Assembly: GCA_043815885.1 (NCBI GenBank)
Contig: JBDRIL010000014.1
Location: forward strand, 1-50,389
Length of the DNA: 50,389 bases
Direction of reading: 5' to 3'
Source: an archaeon
GTDB lineage: Archaea > Iainarchaeota > Iainarchaeia > Iainarchaeales > 1-14-0-10-31-34
Under the pieces are notes generated by a model. That model saw nothing but the letters and a program-made list of their open reading frames with translations. It had not been told where the DNA came from and ran no database searches. Every line of letters begins with the position of its first letter. Position 1 is the first letter of the stretch. The position numbers and the translations under genes are program-made. Below, piece after piece: positions 17,978-28,683 of the stretch.

Positions 17978-18307
17978 ATGCCTAAAAATCGCGTAATTCA
18001 TCAATCCAGGGTTAAACCAATGAGAGGCGACGGGCACTCATAAATCAAAAGAAATCCAATAATTAATCCTGCTCAAAGAGGTATTGAATCAGCAAGAAGA
18101 AAAAGAAAACATTTTGGTTTAATGACTAAAAAGTTTTCAATAGAACAAAAAGTGAAATTCTGTTTAGAGGCAAGAAAAGGATTGGGGAGAGTAATAGATT
18201 CTTTAATTGAACTGCCGATAACCCCAAAAACAGAAAAAAATTTAGGGGAAGCCTTTGATTTAATGCATTTCTTCATAATACGAAAGAAAGGATTAAAAAA
18301 GAAATAA
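17978..18307 (+). pseudogene. Basic orphan gene (MPKNRV...) interrupted by a single in-frame TAA at 18041-18043
   Basis: ATG 17978 and ORF 18122-18307 share a frame, with only one stop between them. Confidence 0.5.
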
Positions 18308-18390
18308 ACTAATCAAATCATTAACTTTTTATATATAAGTCTATACAAATTTTAATTGGATTTAAAACGTTCTTTGGAGGGATGAATTAA

Positions 18391-20706
18391 ATGAATGGAA
18401 AAATAATTGCGTTAATTATGCTGGTTTCTTTACTATTATTTTTAGGTTGTACTCAGCCTCCAACTCCTCCTACTGGGGAAGGAAAGGGAGTGCTTGTATT
18501 AAAGGTGACAGACAAAAAAGTTGAAGGTTTAGAGGCCTTGAACATCACTGTTTCCGGAATTGAATTGCATAAAGCAGATGAAGACGGAAACTGGATTGTG
18601 TTTTCAGAGGAAGAACAAACCTTTGATTTAGTTCAATTGCATCATGTAACTGATGTACTGGGAGAAACAGAGTTAGATGAAGGAAAATACACTCAAATTA
18701 GATTGGATATTACTAAAGCAGAAGCCACAATTAATGGAGAAGTGGTTTCAGTAATGGTTCCAAGCGATAAATTGAAGTTAACGCATAACTTTGAAATTAA
18801 TGCTGACGAGGAAACAGAATTAATCCTTGACTTTTCTCCAGAATCATTGACTCAGGCAAACGATAAATATATACTGAAACCAGTTGTAAAGATTCTAACT
18901 CCAAATGAATTCGAGGAAAAAGTGAAGAAGGAAAAAGAGGAAGAAGAAAAGGAAAGTGAAGTAGAATTTGAATCAATTGAGCAAGGCTATTACAGTGGCT
19001 ACACAGAAGCAGAAAACATAGTGATAAAGGATAACGAAGAATACGGGGCAGTATGGGGCCAGATTCATTCAGGAGCAACTCCTCCAATGCCTCCACCAAC
19101 AATTGATTTCTCTGAGAAAATGGTTATTGCAGTATTCATGGGTGAATTTAATACTGGCGGTTACAGTATTGAAGTAACCAAGATAACTGAATCAAAGAAC
19201 AAAATAACAGTATACGTTACAAAAACCTATCCAGCTCCAGGCGAGCCAGTTACTGCTGCATTCAGCCAACCCTACCACATAGTAAAGACTGCTTTAAGTG
19301 AAAAAGATGTTTCCTTTAAGGTAAAGGAAGTAAAGGGAGAAGAAAGGGAAAGCTATTGTGAGAAAGACAATGACTGTTCTTGTGGGGTAAGAAAAGATAG
19401 TGGAGAATGCTTTTACGGAAACAAGGAATACGTTGATACAACTACTTCTTGTCCTGATTACTGTACTGGCATTGTAGGAAACTTAACTATTAAGTGCGTG
19501 GAAAATGAATGCAAGCAGGTTTCAACCGAATTTGAGCCAGAAGGAAAAGGGACCCTAAAAATTTATTTGACTGACCCTCCTCAGAACAAGGATACGAATT
19601 ATTCTTCCTTGGATATCACTATTTCAAGAATCGAAATACATAGAACTTCTTCAACCGAAGAGGGAAAGAAATGGTATGTATTCATGGAGGAAGAAAAGAC
19701 CTTTGACTTAATTCAGTTAGAGAACGTTCAGGAATTATTGGGGGATAAGACACTTGATGCAGGAAAATACACCCAGATAAGACTGGACGTAATAAAAGCA
19801 ACAGTTACTCTAGTAGATGGAAACTGTGTTGATTCAAATTCCATTGACTCCAATTCAACTGATCCCTGCACTTATGATGTAAAGATTCCCTCAGAGAGAC
19901 TCTATTTAACCCATCAGTTTACAATTGCTGCTGACGGGGAAACACAGTTATTGATTGACTTCAAGAGAGAATCAGTAAAGAAAGCAGGAGACAAATACAT
20001 TATGAGTCCGGTAATAAAAGTCACTACTTTAAAGGAACCAGAACCAGAAGAAGTTGAATGTGATGCAGAAACTCCTTGCGATGAAAACAAGTTATGCTGT
20101 AGCAATGAATGCATTACTCCAGAATGCGTGATTGACGCAGACTGTAACGATACAAATGAATCAACTACAGACACATGCATTAACTCCAATACATGCAATG
20201 CAGAATGCGAGAACGAGGTAATAGATAGTCTCTGTGGCAATGCAGAAATTGATGCAGGAGAAAATTGTTCGAATTGCCCTGCAGACATTGCCTGTGACGC
20301 CAATCAATTGTGCTGTAATGAATCATGCACTGTTCCGGCATGCGCAGTAGACTTAGATTGTGATGACGAAGACGAAACTACAATTGATGTATGCCTTGAC
20401 GCAAACACCTGTAATGCATTATGTAGCAATGCCTATGAAGGACAATTAAAGGAATTCGATGTAAATGCAGATGTAAATGAATTCCTTCCAAATGAATTCA
20501 CTGTAAGACTGAGTGATACACTAAAACTAAACATTACTTCATTAGACACAAACCACAATATCACTATTCCTGACTTCAATATTAACACAGAACTTCCATT
20601 TGGGGAAATAACTATAGTAGAATTCGTTGCAGACAAAAACGGAACATTCTCATTCCATTGCAGTTACCATCCAACCATGACAGGAACAATAACAGTAACA
20701 GAATAA
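18391..20706 (+). CDS. Multidomain surface lipoprotein: DUF4382-like x2, PrcB-C-like domain, Cys-rich repeats, C-terminal cupredoxin
   Basis: Lipobox-like LLFLGC; duplicated LxxTD...GKYTQIRL...LIxDF domain; AVFMGEFNTGGYSI...AFSQPYHIV; H...CSYHPTM copper ligands. Confidence 0.85.
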   Translation: MNGKIIALIMLVSLLLFLGCTQPPTPPTGEGKGVLVLKVTDKKVEGLEALNITVSGIELHKADEDGNWIVFSEEEQTFDLVQLHHVTDVLGETELDEGKYTQIRLDITKAEATINGEVVSVMVPSDKLKLTHNFEINADEETELILDFSPESLTQANDKYILKPVVKILTPNEFEEKVKKEKEEEEKESEVEFESIEQGYYSGYTEAENIVIKDNEEYGAVWGQIHSGATPPMPPPTIDFSEKMVIAVFMGEFNTGGYSIEVTKITESKNKITVYVTKTYPAPGEPVTAAFSQPYHIVKTALSEKDVSFKVKEVKGEERESYCEKDNDCSCGVRKDSGECFYGNKEYVDTTTSCPDYCTGIVGNLTIKCVENECKQVSTEFEPEGKGTLKIYLTDPPQNKDTNYSSLDITISRIEIHRTSSTEEGKKWYVFMEEEKTFDLIQLENVQELLGDKTLDAGKYTQIRLDVIKATVTLVDGNCVDSNSIDSNSTDPCTYDVKIPSERLYLTHQFTIAADGETQLLIDFKRESVKKAGDKYIMSPVIKVTTLKEPEPEEVECDAETPCDENKLCCSNECITPECVIDADCNDTNESTTDTCINSNTCNAECENEVIDSLCGNAEIDAGENCSNCPADIACDANQLCCNESCTVPACAVDLDCDDEDETTIDVCLDANTCNALCSNAYEGQLKEFDVNADVNEFLPNEFTVRLSDTLKLNITSLDTNHNITIPDFNINTELPFGEITIVEFVADKNGTFSFHCSYHPTMTGTITVTE

Positions 20707-20731
20707 TCTTTTTCTATTTCTTTTTTCTTTT

Positions 20732-21664
20732 TTATTTCCAGTAATCTAACAGCCACAGCATTATTGCTTTCTGTGCATGAAGCCTGTTTTCTGCCTGGTC
20801 GAATACAATGGATTGTTTTCCGTCAATTACTTCTGCTGTTTGTTCCATTCCTCTCATTGCAGGCAAGCAATTCATGAATACTGCGTCTTTTTTTGCCTTG
20901 CTCATTAATTCATCCGTTACCTGGAAAGGAATTAATTGGTTTCTTCTTCTTTCTTTTTCTTGTTCCTGTACATGGTAACTCATCCAAGAATCAGTGTAAA
21001 CAACATCTGCTTCCTCTACTGCATTCACTGCATTATTGAATAACTCAATTTTTGCTCCAGTCTTTTCTGCAATCTCTTCTGCTTCCTTCAATATTTCCTT
21101 TTTTGGCTCGAATTCCTCTCCTTTTGGAAAACCAATCTTCATATTCATTCCCACTAATGCAGTTCCATGCATTAAAGAATATGTTACATTGTTGTTAGCA
21201 TCTCCCACATAACTCAAGGTTAATCCTTTCAGTTTTCCTTTCTTTTCCTTTATTGTCTGCAGGTCAGCAGTAATCTGGCAGGGATGAGCTATATCACTTA
21301 ATGCATCAATTACCGGCACAGAAGAATTTTCAGCCAATCCTCTAATATCTGCCTGCTTATACATTCTTGCCATAATGATATCCACGTACCTTGAAGCAGT
21401 CTTTGCTGTATCGGAAATGGATTCCTTTTTTCCCAAAGGAGAAGTAGCAACATCATAATAAATTGCATGCCCTCCCAATTGAGTCATTCCAACCTCAAAA
21501 CTCACTCTTGTCCTGAGGGAAGGCTTTTCAAAAATCATTAAAAGCGTTTTATCCTTCAAGGCATCAAAATACTTTTCAGGATTCTTCTTAATCTCAATTC
21601 CCTTTTCAATTAAAAATTCCATTTCCTTTGGCTTTAATTCCTTCAAAGAAAGAAAGTGCTTCAT
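20732..21664 (-). CDS. argF: Ornithine carbamoyltransferase
   Basis: FEKPSLRTRVSFE, HPCQ, YTDSWMS, FMNCLPA, DQAENRLH; ATG 21664 after SD GGTGAG. Confidence 0.93.
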   Translation of the reverse strand: MKHFLSLKELKPKEMEFLIEKGIEIKKNPEKYFDALKDKTLLMIFEKPSLRTRVSFEVGMTQLGGHAIYYDVATSPLGKKESISDTAKTASRYVDIIMARMYKQADIRGLAENSSVPVIDALSDIAHPCQITADLQTIKEKKGKLKGLTLSYVGDANNNVTYSLMHGTALVGMNMKIGFPKGEEFEPKKEILKEAEEIAEKTGAKIELFNNAVNAVEEADVVYTDSWMSYHVQEQEKERRRNQLIPFQVTDELMSKAKKDAVFMNCLPAMRGMEQTAEVIDGKQSIVFDQAENRLHAQKAIMLWLLDYWK

Positions 21665-21835
21665 TCTCTCACCCCCCATTCCAATAAAGAAAGAGAAAAA
21701 CAATTTTTAAATTGCTCGCACAGAAAACAAGGTTATGTATACAAATAGCTTCCGCTAACCCTGTCTAATTTTAATTAAATTTTTTTCCAGAATTAGAAAA
21801 AAAATTTTGATGCATTGGTATGAAACCCAGATTAG

Positions 21836-24820
21836 AAGATTCTCTCGAGTTCTTAGTAGCAGTCAGCTGAACTGATCGCCGAAGCTTTCAGCTTACACTT
21901 CTGCCCTATCAAGCTCCTATTTTAGGAGGACTCTTGTCCCTATTTCCTTTTTCCCGCAGGAAAAAGGCTTTCAGGAGTGATTGCTTCTTTTCAGGGACTT
22001 CTTCGAGCTTAGATGCTTTCAGCTCTTATAAGTTCCGGCGTAGCTACCCAGCAGTGCCTTGTCAGACAACTGGTAAACCAGTGGCCAGGGCCCATTGTTC
22101 CTCTCGTACTTAGTGGACCTTCCCCTCAAGCAATCCACATTCCCAACAGATAGTATCCAAACTGGCTCGCACCGTTCTCAACCCAACTAACGTAAGACTT
22201 TAATGAGTTAACACCTCCACCCTTGGCTGCTTGTGCACAGCCAGGATGTCTTGAGACGACGGCGAGGTCGCAAACCGCGGGGTCGATGTGAACTCTTACC
22301 CGCGACCACTCAATTACCCCCAAGATCAGTTCACTGTCAGACTAGGCCCCCATTAAAAGGGACACTAGCGTTCGCTAAACCCAAGTTTCCTTTCCGCGTT
22401 CCTTGCTGTGCGGAACACGGTCAAGCCTGCTTTTGGTTTTGTCCTTGACGGCGAATTTCTGACTCGCCTAAGCAGACCTTTGGACACCCCTGATATCTTT
22501 TCAGGGGTGTACCACCCCAGTCCAACTACCCATCAAATGCTGTTCTTTTTCAAGTTAGCGATACGTTTTTTGAAGGATGGTGTTCCACTTTCGTCTCCAC
22601 AATTCCTGACGAAACTGCTTCGAAGACTACCATCTACGCTGGACACCAAAACCCATACCACAACATCAGACTGTAGTAAACCGCTGTGGGGTCTTCTCTT
22701 CCCGTTGGAGATTCGAGGCATATTCACCTCGAAGTGAGTTCATCAGGTCTAAGTTAGGGACAGCGGGAATCTCGTTACTTCATTGGTGCAAGCCGGCAAT
22801 AAACCGGCAAGGTATTACGCTACCGTGAGAGCCTCAGAGTTAGGCCCGCTCTTCACCAGCGCTTAGCTCTATTGAACTAGAGTTTAACGTACTGGCAGTG
22901 AGCAGAAGTCAGCCCCTATACACACCGTTACCGGCTGGCAGGGACCTGTGTTTTTAGTAAACAGTCGGACTCCCTTTGACATTGCAACCTGCAATTACAC
23001 ATCGCAGGCACCCCTTATACCGAAGATACAGGGCTAGTTTGCCGAATTCCCTTAACTTAGTTTTCCTGTCACGCCTTAGCTTTTTAGGCTAGGGGCACCT
23101 TTCTCGGTTCTTGGTACGGACACACAAAATCCTTACTGTTTCCCTTTTCACTGGCTCCAGGTCTCAACTGAATACTGCTACTATTCCTGGATTTAATCTC
23201 TTTCTCACCATTACAGTTCTCCAGAGATTTATTCCAGTTAAACATTCCGACGGGAATGCTCAGTCTAACCCAAAGCGTTAGAAAACAGTCTATCGTTACC
23301 GAAGAGTATTCGTGTGGTACAGGAATATGAACCTGTTTCCCTTTCGTTTGCGTTATATTAAAAGCAAACTTAGGATCGACTAACCCTTAGCTAATGATTA
23401 GCGCTAAGGAACCCTTGCCCTTTCGGCGGAGGAAATTCTCATTCCTCTATAGTTATTACTAGCGCGAGGATCCATTTTCTTGACAGATTCACGAGTTCTC
23501 TCGAACTCGCTTCAGCTCTATCAAGACACCTCTCTACTGAATTTCTCTTTAATCAAAGAGAATCCTTTGGTATCGGCAGCTGGTTTAGCCCAGATCATTT
23601 TCAAGACCTTTGACCTCGGTGGGTGAGCTGTTACGCATTCTTTAAAGGATGGCTGCTTCTAAGCCAACCTCCCCACTGTCTTAGGACAGAGATGCTTTTC
23701 GTGTTTACACTTAACCAGCATTTATGGGCCTTAACCAAAGTTTAGGTTGTTCCCTTCTTGGATTAGAGGCTTACCCACTAACCCCTACTCTAACCTTCTA
23801 CGACGATAATGGATTTGGAGTTTGACAAGAAAGGGGGAGGTTTCCCTCCAGTACTTTCTAATCAGTATCTCTACCCCATTATCTGTCTCCGGTTAGGCTA
23901 GCCTGAGGGCTAATTCGAGAGGAGCCCGCTATGACCATGTTCGACTGGCATTTTACTCCTACTCCCTGGTCACCCGAGCAGATAGACTAACAACGGTATC
24001 GGACCTCCATCATTCAGTTGAATGACTTCATCCTGCCTAGGAGTAGATCACATGGTTTCGGGTCTCATCCGTGTGACTCAAGCCTTTTTGGACTCACAGC
24101 CTGACAACAAGAAGTTGCTGCGCTGTCTTGGTTTCCCTACGGCTTCAAGCTTTAAGCTTTTAGCCTTGCCACACAAATGACCTCCCTCGCTCGTGATTCA
24201 AGACGTACGGCATGACTCTGATCAGTTTCTCTCGTACTATAATGTCTCCATTATTTTCCTTCGAGAAACGTCTTTTCTTTTAAGCCATGCCTTCGTGTAA
24301 CCGTATAGTTTCAAGTGCTTTTCATTCCCTGCTAAGGGTGCTTTTCAACTTTCCTTCACAGTACTAGTGTGCTATCGGACTTAAGACGTATTTAGGTTTA
24401 GGAGTTAATGTCTCCCATTTTTTCACGCAATATCCAATGCATGATACTCTTGAACTACAAGAATCATCCCTTGAAATTTTGCTTACGAGACTATCACTCT
24501 CTTTGGTATTCCTTTCCAGGAAACTTCAGCTAGTCTCTCAGGATGTACTCGTGTCACACCACATCTCCATGAAATTGCTTCCACGGATTCAGTTTGACCT
24601 GAGCTGCTTTCGGTCGACCCTAGTAACAGCATCACATTTGTTTTCTTTTCCTGCAGGTACTAAGATGTTTCAATTCCCTGCATTGCCCTTCTCCGAAGAG
24701 AATAATTCAGGAATCCCTGGTTCAAAGATTGCATGCATCTCGCCAAGGCTTATCGCAGCTTGCCACGCCCTTCATCAGCGCTTAAGCCTAGTTATCCCCT
24801 ATACGGCTTATAGAATTCTT
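21836..24820 (-). rRNA. rrl: 23S rRNA
   Basis: Conserved LSU segments (e.g. reverse complements of AGTACGAGAGGAAC sarcin-ricin loop, GACTGTTTACTAAAAACACAG and the peptidyl transferase region); ends estimated from the flanking processing stem. Confidence 0.97.
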
Positions 24821-25131
24821 CTAACCTGATGAGTCTACCAATGCATCAACTGTCACGTCCAGTTGACAAACCGCAGATCTTCGCGTTATTACCTCGCTTT
24901 CGTTCGGTAATAGGATTTCCTCGCTTGCGCTCGGAAAACTAATGCCAACCTTTCGTTTTATTCAGTTGCTTCCCCCGAGAAAAAACTCCCGGAGTGCTTC
25001 ACCAATAAAAATTTAATTAATTGATGAACATGATATTTTTAATTTATTTTTTTATTTACTTTTCCTTTCCACTTTCTTAATCAATTTCCTTTAAAGGAAA
25101 AGGTATCGGAAAAACCTTGGTTTTTCTGATA

Positions 25132-25281
25132 TGGACTCAAGGGGATTCGAACCCCTGGCCTCCTCGGCTTTTACAACAAAAAATTATGACAATAATTTTT
25201 TTTGCCCTCTTGAGGGCAGATTGTCAACGAATCTTTTCGTTGGTGCAAACGAGGCGCTCTACCAAGCTGAGCTATGAGCCC
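25132..25281 (-). tRNA. tRNA-Ala(TGC) in the 16S-23S spacer with 76-nt intron at 37/38 (25168-25243)
   Basis: GGGCTCA/TGAGTCC acceptor with G3:U70, CCTCG-TT TGC A^C-CGAGG anticodon arm, GGTTCGAATCC T loop; BHB present. Confidence 0.95.
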
Positions 25282-25459
25282 AATCAAACTGTTGCACTCA
25301 ATTCAATTGAACCCATGCCCTTTGCTGGAGAGCACAGGCCAATCAATTTTTTTTAGAAAGAAATGAGTCTTTTTTTTTGGCTTGAAGCAAATCCAAAATT
25401 TTTTGAACCTAGGCCGATACTTCCGTTGAGGGAGGTATCGGAACCGTAGGTTCTAATGA

Positions 25460-26953
25460 AGGAGGTGATCCGTCCGCAGGTTCCCCTACGGACACCTTGT
25501 TACAACTTAGCCCGTCTTACAGAATTTAGAATCGTTGCAACCTATGATGACTACAGCTCATCCAAACCCTACTCAACTGGCTTGATGGGCGGTGTGTGCA
25601 AGGCGCAGGGACTTATTCACCGGGTGATAGTGACACCCGATTACTGGGGATTCCAACTTCACGAGGATGAGTTACAATCCTCGGTCCGAACTGAGATTGA
25701 GTTTAGGAGATTATCTTCTCTTTTCAGAGTCGAAACCCATTGTCTCAACCATTGTATGCCGCGTGTTGCCCAGGAGATTCGGGCCATACAGATCTACCGT
25801 TGCCCACCCCCTTCCTCAAGGTTGCCCTTGCAGTCTCCCTAGAGTGCTCCTCCTGAAATCAGGAAGATTGCAACTAAGGATGTGGGTCTCGCCCGTTGCC
25901 TGAGTTGACAGGACGCTTCATAGTACGAGCTGACGATGACCATACAACACCTCTCAGCGTGTCAGGTAAGCCCTTCAGACTGACCATCATTCTGCTGTCG
26001 CCCCTGGTGAGTTATCTGGCGTTTTATCCAATTAAACCGCAGCATCCACCCCTTGTAGTGCGCCCCCGCCAATTCCATTAAGTTTCAACCTTGCGATCGT
26101 ACTTCCCAGGCGGCGGACTTAATGGCTTCCCTTCGGCACCCCCACAACACGTGGTTGCTAGGACACCTAGTCCGCATCGTTTACGGCTGGGACTAACCGG
26201 GTATCTAATCCGGGTCGCTCCCCCAGCTTTCGTTCCTCACCGTCAGAGCCGTTCTAGTCAAGCGCCTTCGCTACTGGTGGTCCTCCTAAGATCTTAGCAT
26301 TTCACCGCTACCTCAGGAATTCCCTTGACTTCTTCCGGTCTCGAGTCCAACAGTATTTTTGGCATTTCAATGAGTTGGGCTCACTGATTTCACCAAGAAC
26401 TTATTGGACAGGCTACGAACTCTTTAGGCCCAATATAAATGGACACCACTTGTGGAGTACGTTTTACCGCGGCGGCTGGCACGTATCTTGCCCTCCACTT
26501 ATTCGTAAAGCTTTTTTGACTTCACAAAAGTTGGCAGAGCCAACACTTGAAATCCCCTTATCACGCTTTCGCGCATTGTAAAGAATTCGCAACTGCTGCA
26601 CCCCGTGGGGCTAGGAACCTTATCTCAGTTTCCTTCTCCGGGCGCCCTCTCTCAAGGCCCGTATGGATCCTCGGCTTGGTGTAGCAATTACCTCACCAAC
26701 AACCTAATCCATCGCAGTCCCATCTTTGAGCGAAGCTGTCTGCATGAAGACAGTTCTTTTGAGAAATAGAACATTCCAGTTTCTATTTCCTATGGAGCAT
26801 TAGTCCCAGTTTCCCGGGTTTTACTCCTCTCAAAGGCAGGTTGACCACGTGTTACTGAGCCGTCTGCCACAGTTTCTCATAACTGAAACTGTTAGACTTG
26901 CATGTTTGAGTCGAATTTCAATAGCAGTATCCGCCAGCAGGATCAGCTGGTAT
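25460..26953 (-). rRNA. rrs: 16S rRNA (archaeal, divergent)
   Basis: GTGCCAGCCGCCGCGGTAA, ATTAGATACCCGG, 3' GGATCACCTCC; 5' end TACCAGCTGATCCTGC; ends approximate. Confidence 0.98.
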
Positions 26954-27204
26954 CTATTGTGACCGCATTTAAAAAAAATGGAATTGGTTTTTTCGAACTT
27001 GCTTCAATTAACCAATTGACTCATTTCTTTCCAGCATCAGATTCAAAGCAACTTGAATCCTCATCTTCATGGATGCAGATGCATCCATTAAACATAATTA
27101 CTTTTCATTAAAACACTCACGTGTTTCTCTAAGCAATTCAATTGCCAACGATCGATCGCGAAATAACGGCAAAAAAACATAATTCGGGCAATTATCGGGT
27201 TTTT

Positions 27205-27245
27205 TTACCGTATATATAGTGTATTTTATTGTTTATAAATCTATC
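27205..27245 (-). promoter_or_regulatory. Probable rRNA operon promoter
   Basis: TATA-like TTTATAAA (about 27232-27239) and TATATATA (27211-27218) upstream of the 16S leader. Confidence 0.4.
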
Positions 27246-27410
27246 GCGAGCCGAATTTTCCCTGATTTCGCCAATAAAATCAGTGAATTGAATTAGATTG
27301 AATTCAATTAATAAATTGTTTTGTTTTTTCCCTTTTTTGAATACTTATTTAATGCTTTTCTTTTACATAGCTAATGGGAATTTAATTAATTTTTTGGAGG
27401 GGGAAATTTA

Positions 27411-27635
27411 ATGCAGGCTGAAGTAATTGAAAAGATTGCTGCATTGATTACTGCTGCTTTTGGGTTGGTTGCAGCGCTTGCCTGGAATGACGCCATCAAG
27501 GCTTTATTTAAGGAAGTGTTTGGGAGCGCAGAAACACTGATTCCAATGATGATTTACGCAGTAATAATTACAATCATTGCAGTTATCGCAACAATATGGA
27601 TTGGAAAGATTGCAGGAAAAGGAAAGGCTTCCTAG
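27411..27635 (+). CDS. Small two-TM membrane protein (DUF5654-like)
   Basis: LITAAFGLVAALAWNDAIK...YAVIIT motif; SD GGAGG. Confidence 0.85.
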   Translation: MQAEVIEKIAALITAAFGLVAALAWNDAIKALFKEVFGSAETLIPMMIYAVIITIIAVIATIWIGKIAGKGKAS

Positions 27636-27649
27636 AATAAATAAAATCA

Positions 27650-27683
27650 ATTCTTTTTCCTTTCTTTTTCTTTTTTTTCTTTT
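27650..27683 (+). terminator. Oligo-T archaeal terminator
   Basis: Long T/C tract right after the stop codon; similar tracts at 20707-20731, 31008-31030, 31548-31580 and 32371-32393. Confidence 0.55.
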
Positions 27684-27735
27684 AATTGATTTGTGTTTTA
27701 AAAGTTATCTGTGTTAATTTATTTTGGAATTAATT

Positions 27736-28677
27736 ATGTCTCTGGCGAAGAAGTTTTATGCTTTAATTCTTTTAACTAAGCCATTGCAGTGGAGTAAATC
27801 TTTTGCGAATATGCTTATTGGTTCGTTTATTGCTCTTTACCTGTTGAATGGATTTGTTAATTTCACTAACTTTAATCCATTTCTTTTCCTTCTTGCATTT
27901 TTTGCTGTAGGGCCGCTTTTGTGGGGGGGATTTTATGGATTCAATGACTGGATTGACAGGGAAAAAGACAAACTGCATCCAGTGAAAAAATCGCGTCCCA
28001 TTCCTTCTGGATTAATCAATGAAAGACTTGCATTAATTTTTTCAATTACTTTGGTTTTAATTGCTTTCTTTATTGGATTTTATTTCTTTTTTTACTTCAA
28101 TAATTTCCTGTTTTTAATTTGTTTAATTGCAATGACTGTAAACCAGTTCCTTTACTGTACTCCTCCAGTACAGTTAAAGACAAAACCAGTCCTTGACTTA
28201 ATTTCAGGCTCCTTAGTTAACCCTTTTTTTAGGTTCTATTCGGGATGGGTTTTGTTTATGCATGCATTCAATGCTCCGTTGCTTTTATTGTTTTTTGTTT
28301 TGGGCTTGCAGTTTTCTGGCTATGCATTCTATAGATTGAATTCAAGGGAATTGGAGAAGGAATTGAATTTCAGGAGCAGTGTTGTCGTATTCAGTGAAAA
28401 AACAATCAAGGCAGTTGCTTATTTGGTTGGATTAGTTGCAGGGATTTCTTTTGTCTTAATGTGTTTAACTAAAGATTTTTTTCCTTCACTGTTGTTTCTT
28501 GGAGGGCTTCCTTTAAGGTTTTTATCCTTGGTTGTTTTCAGTTTACTGCTTACTCCGTTTTATTACAGTTCCATTAGAAATCCGACTGGAATGAATATAC
28601 GAAAAATGTATTACGTGATTTACTTTCATGTAATTGCATTTGTTTTGGGATTTATTTTATTGTTCTTGCTTTTTTGA
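27736..28677 (+). CDS. UbiA family prenyltransferase
   Basis: KPLQWSK, YGFNDWIDREKDKLHPVKKSRPIPSG motif, multiple TM helices. Confidence 0.9.
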   Translation: MSLAKKFYALILLTKPLQWSKSFANMLIGSFIALYLLNGFVNFTNFNPFLFLLAFFAVGPLLWGGFYGFNDWIDREKDKLHPVKKSRPIPSGLINERLALIFSITLVLIAFFIGFYFFFYFNNFLFLICLIAMTVNQFLYCTPPVQLKTKPVLDLISGSLVNPFFRFYSGWVLFMHAFNAPLLLLFFVLGLQFSGYAFYRLNSRELEKELNFRSSVVVFSEKTIKAVAYLVGLVAGISFVLMCLTKDFFPSLLFLGGLPLRFLSLVVFSLLLTPFYYSSIRNPTGMNIRKMYYVIYFHVIAFVLGFILLFLLF

Positions 28678-28683
28678 AGTGAA

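Noticed and set aside
18041..18043. Stop-codon reassignment
   Set aside because: TAA, TAG and TGA all terminate well-conserved genes in this window
22126..27111. ORF-track ORFs within 22-27 kb
   Set aside because: They overlap 23S, tRNA-Ala, 16S or the rRNA leader; no homing-endonuclease motifs, and rRNA lengths (about 1.49 and 2.99 kb) leave no room for introns
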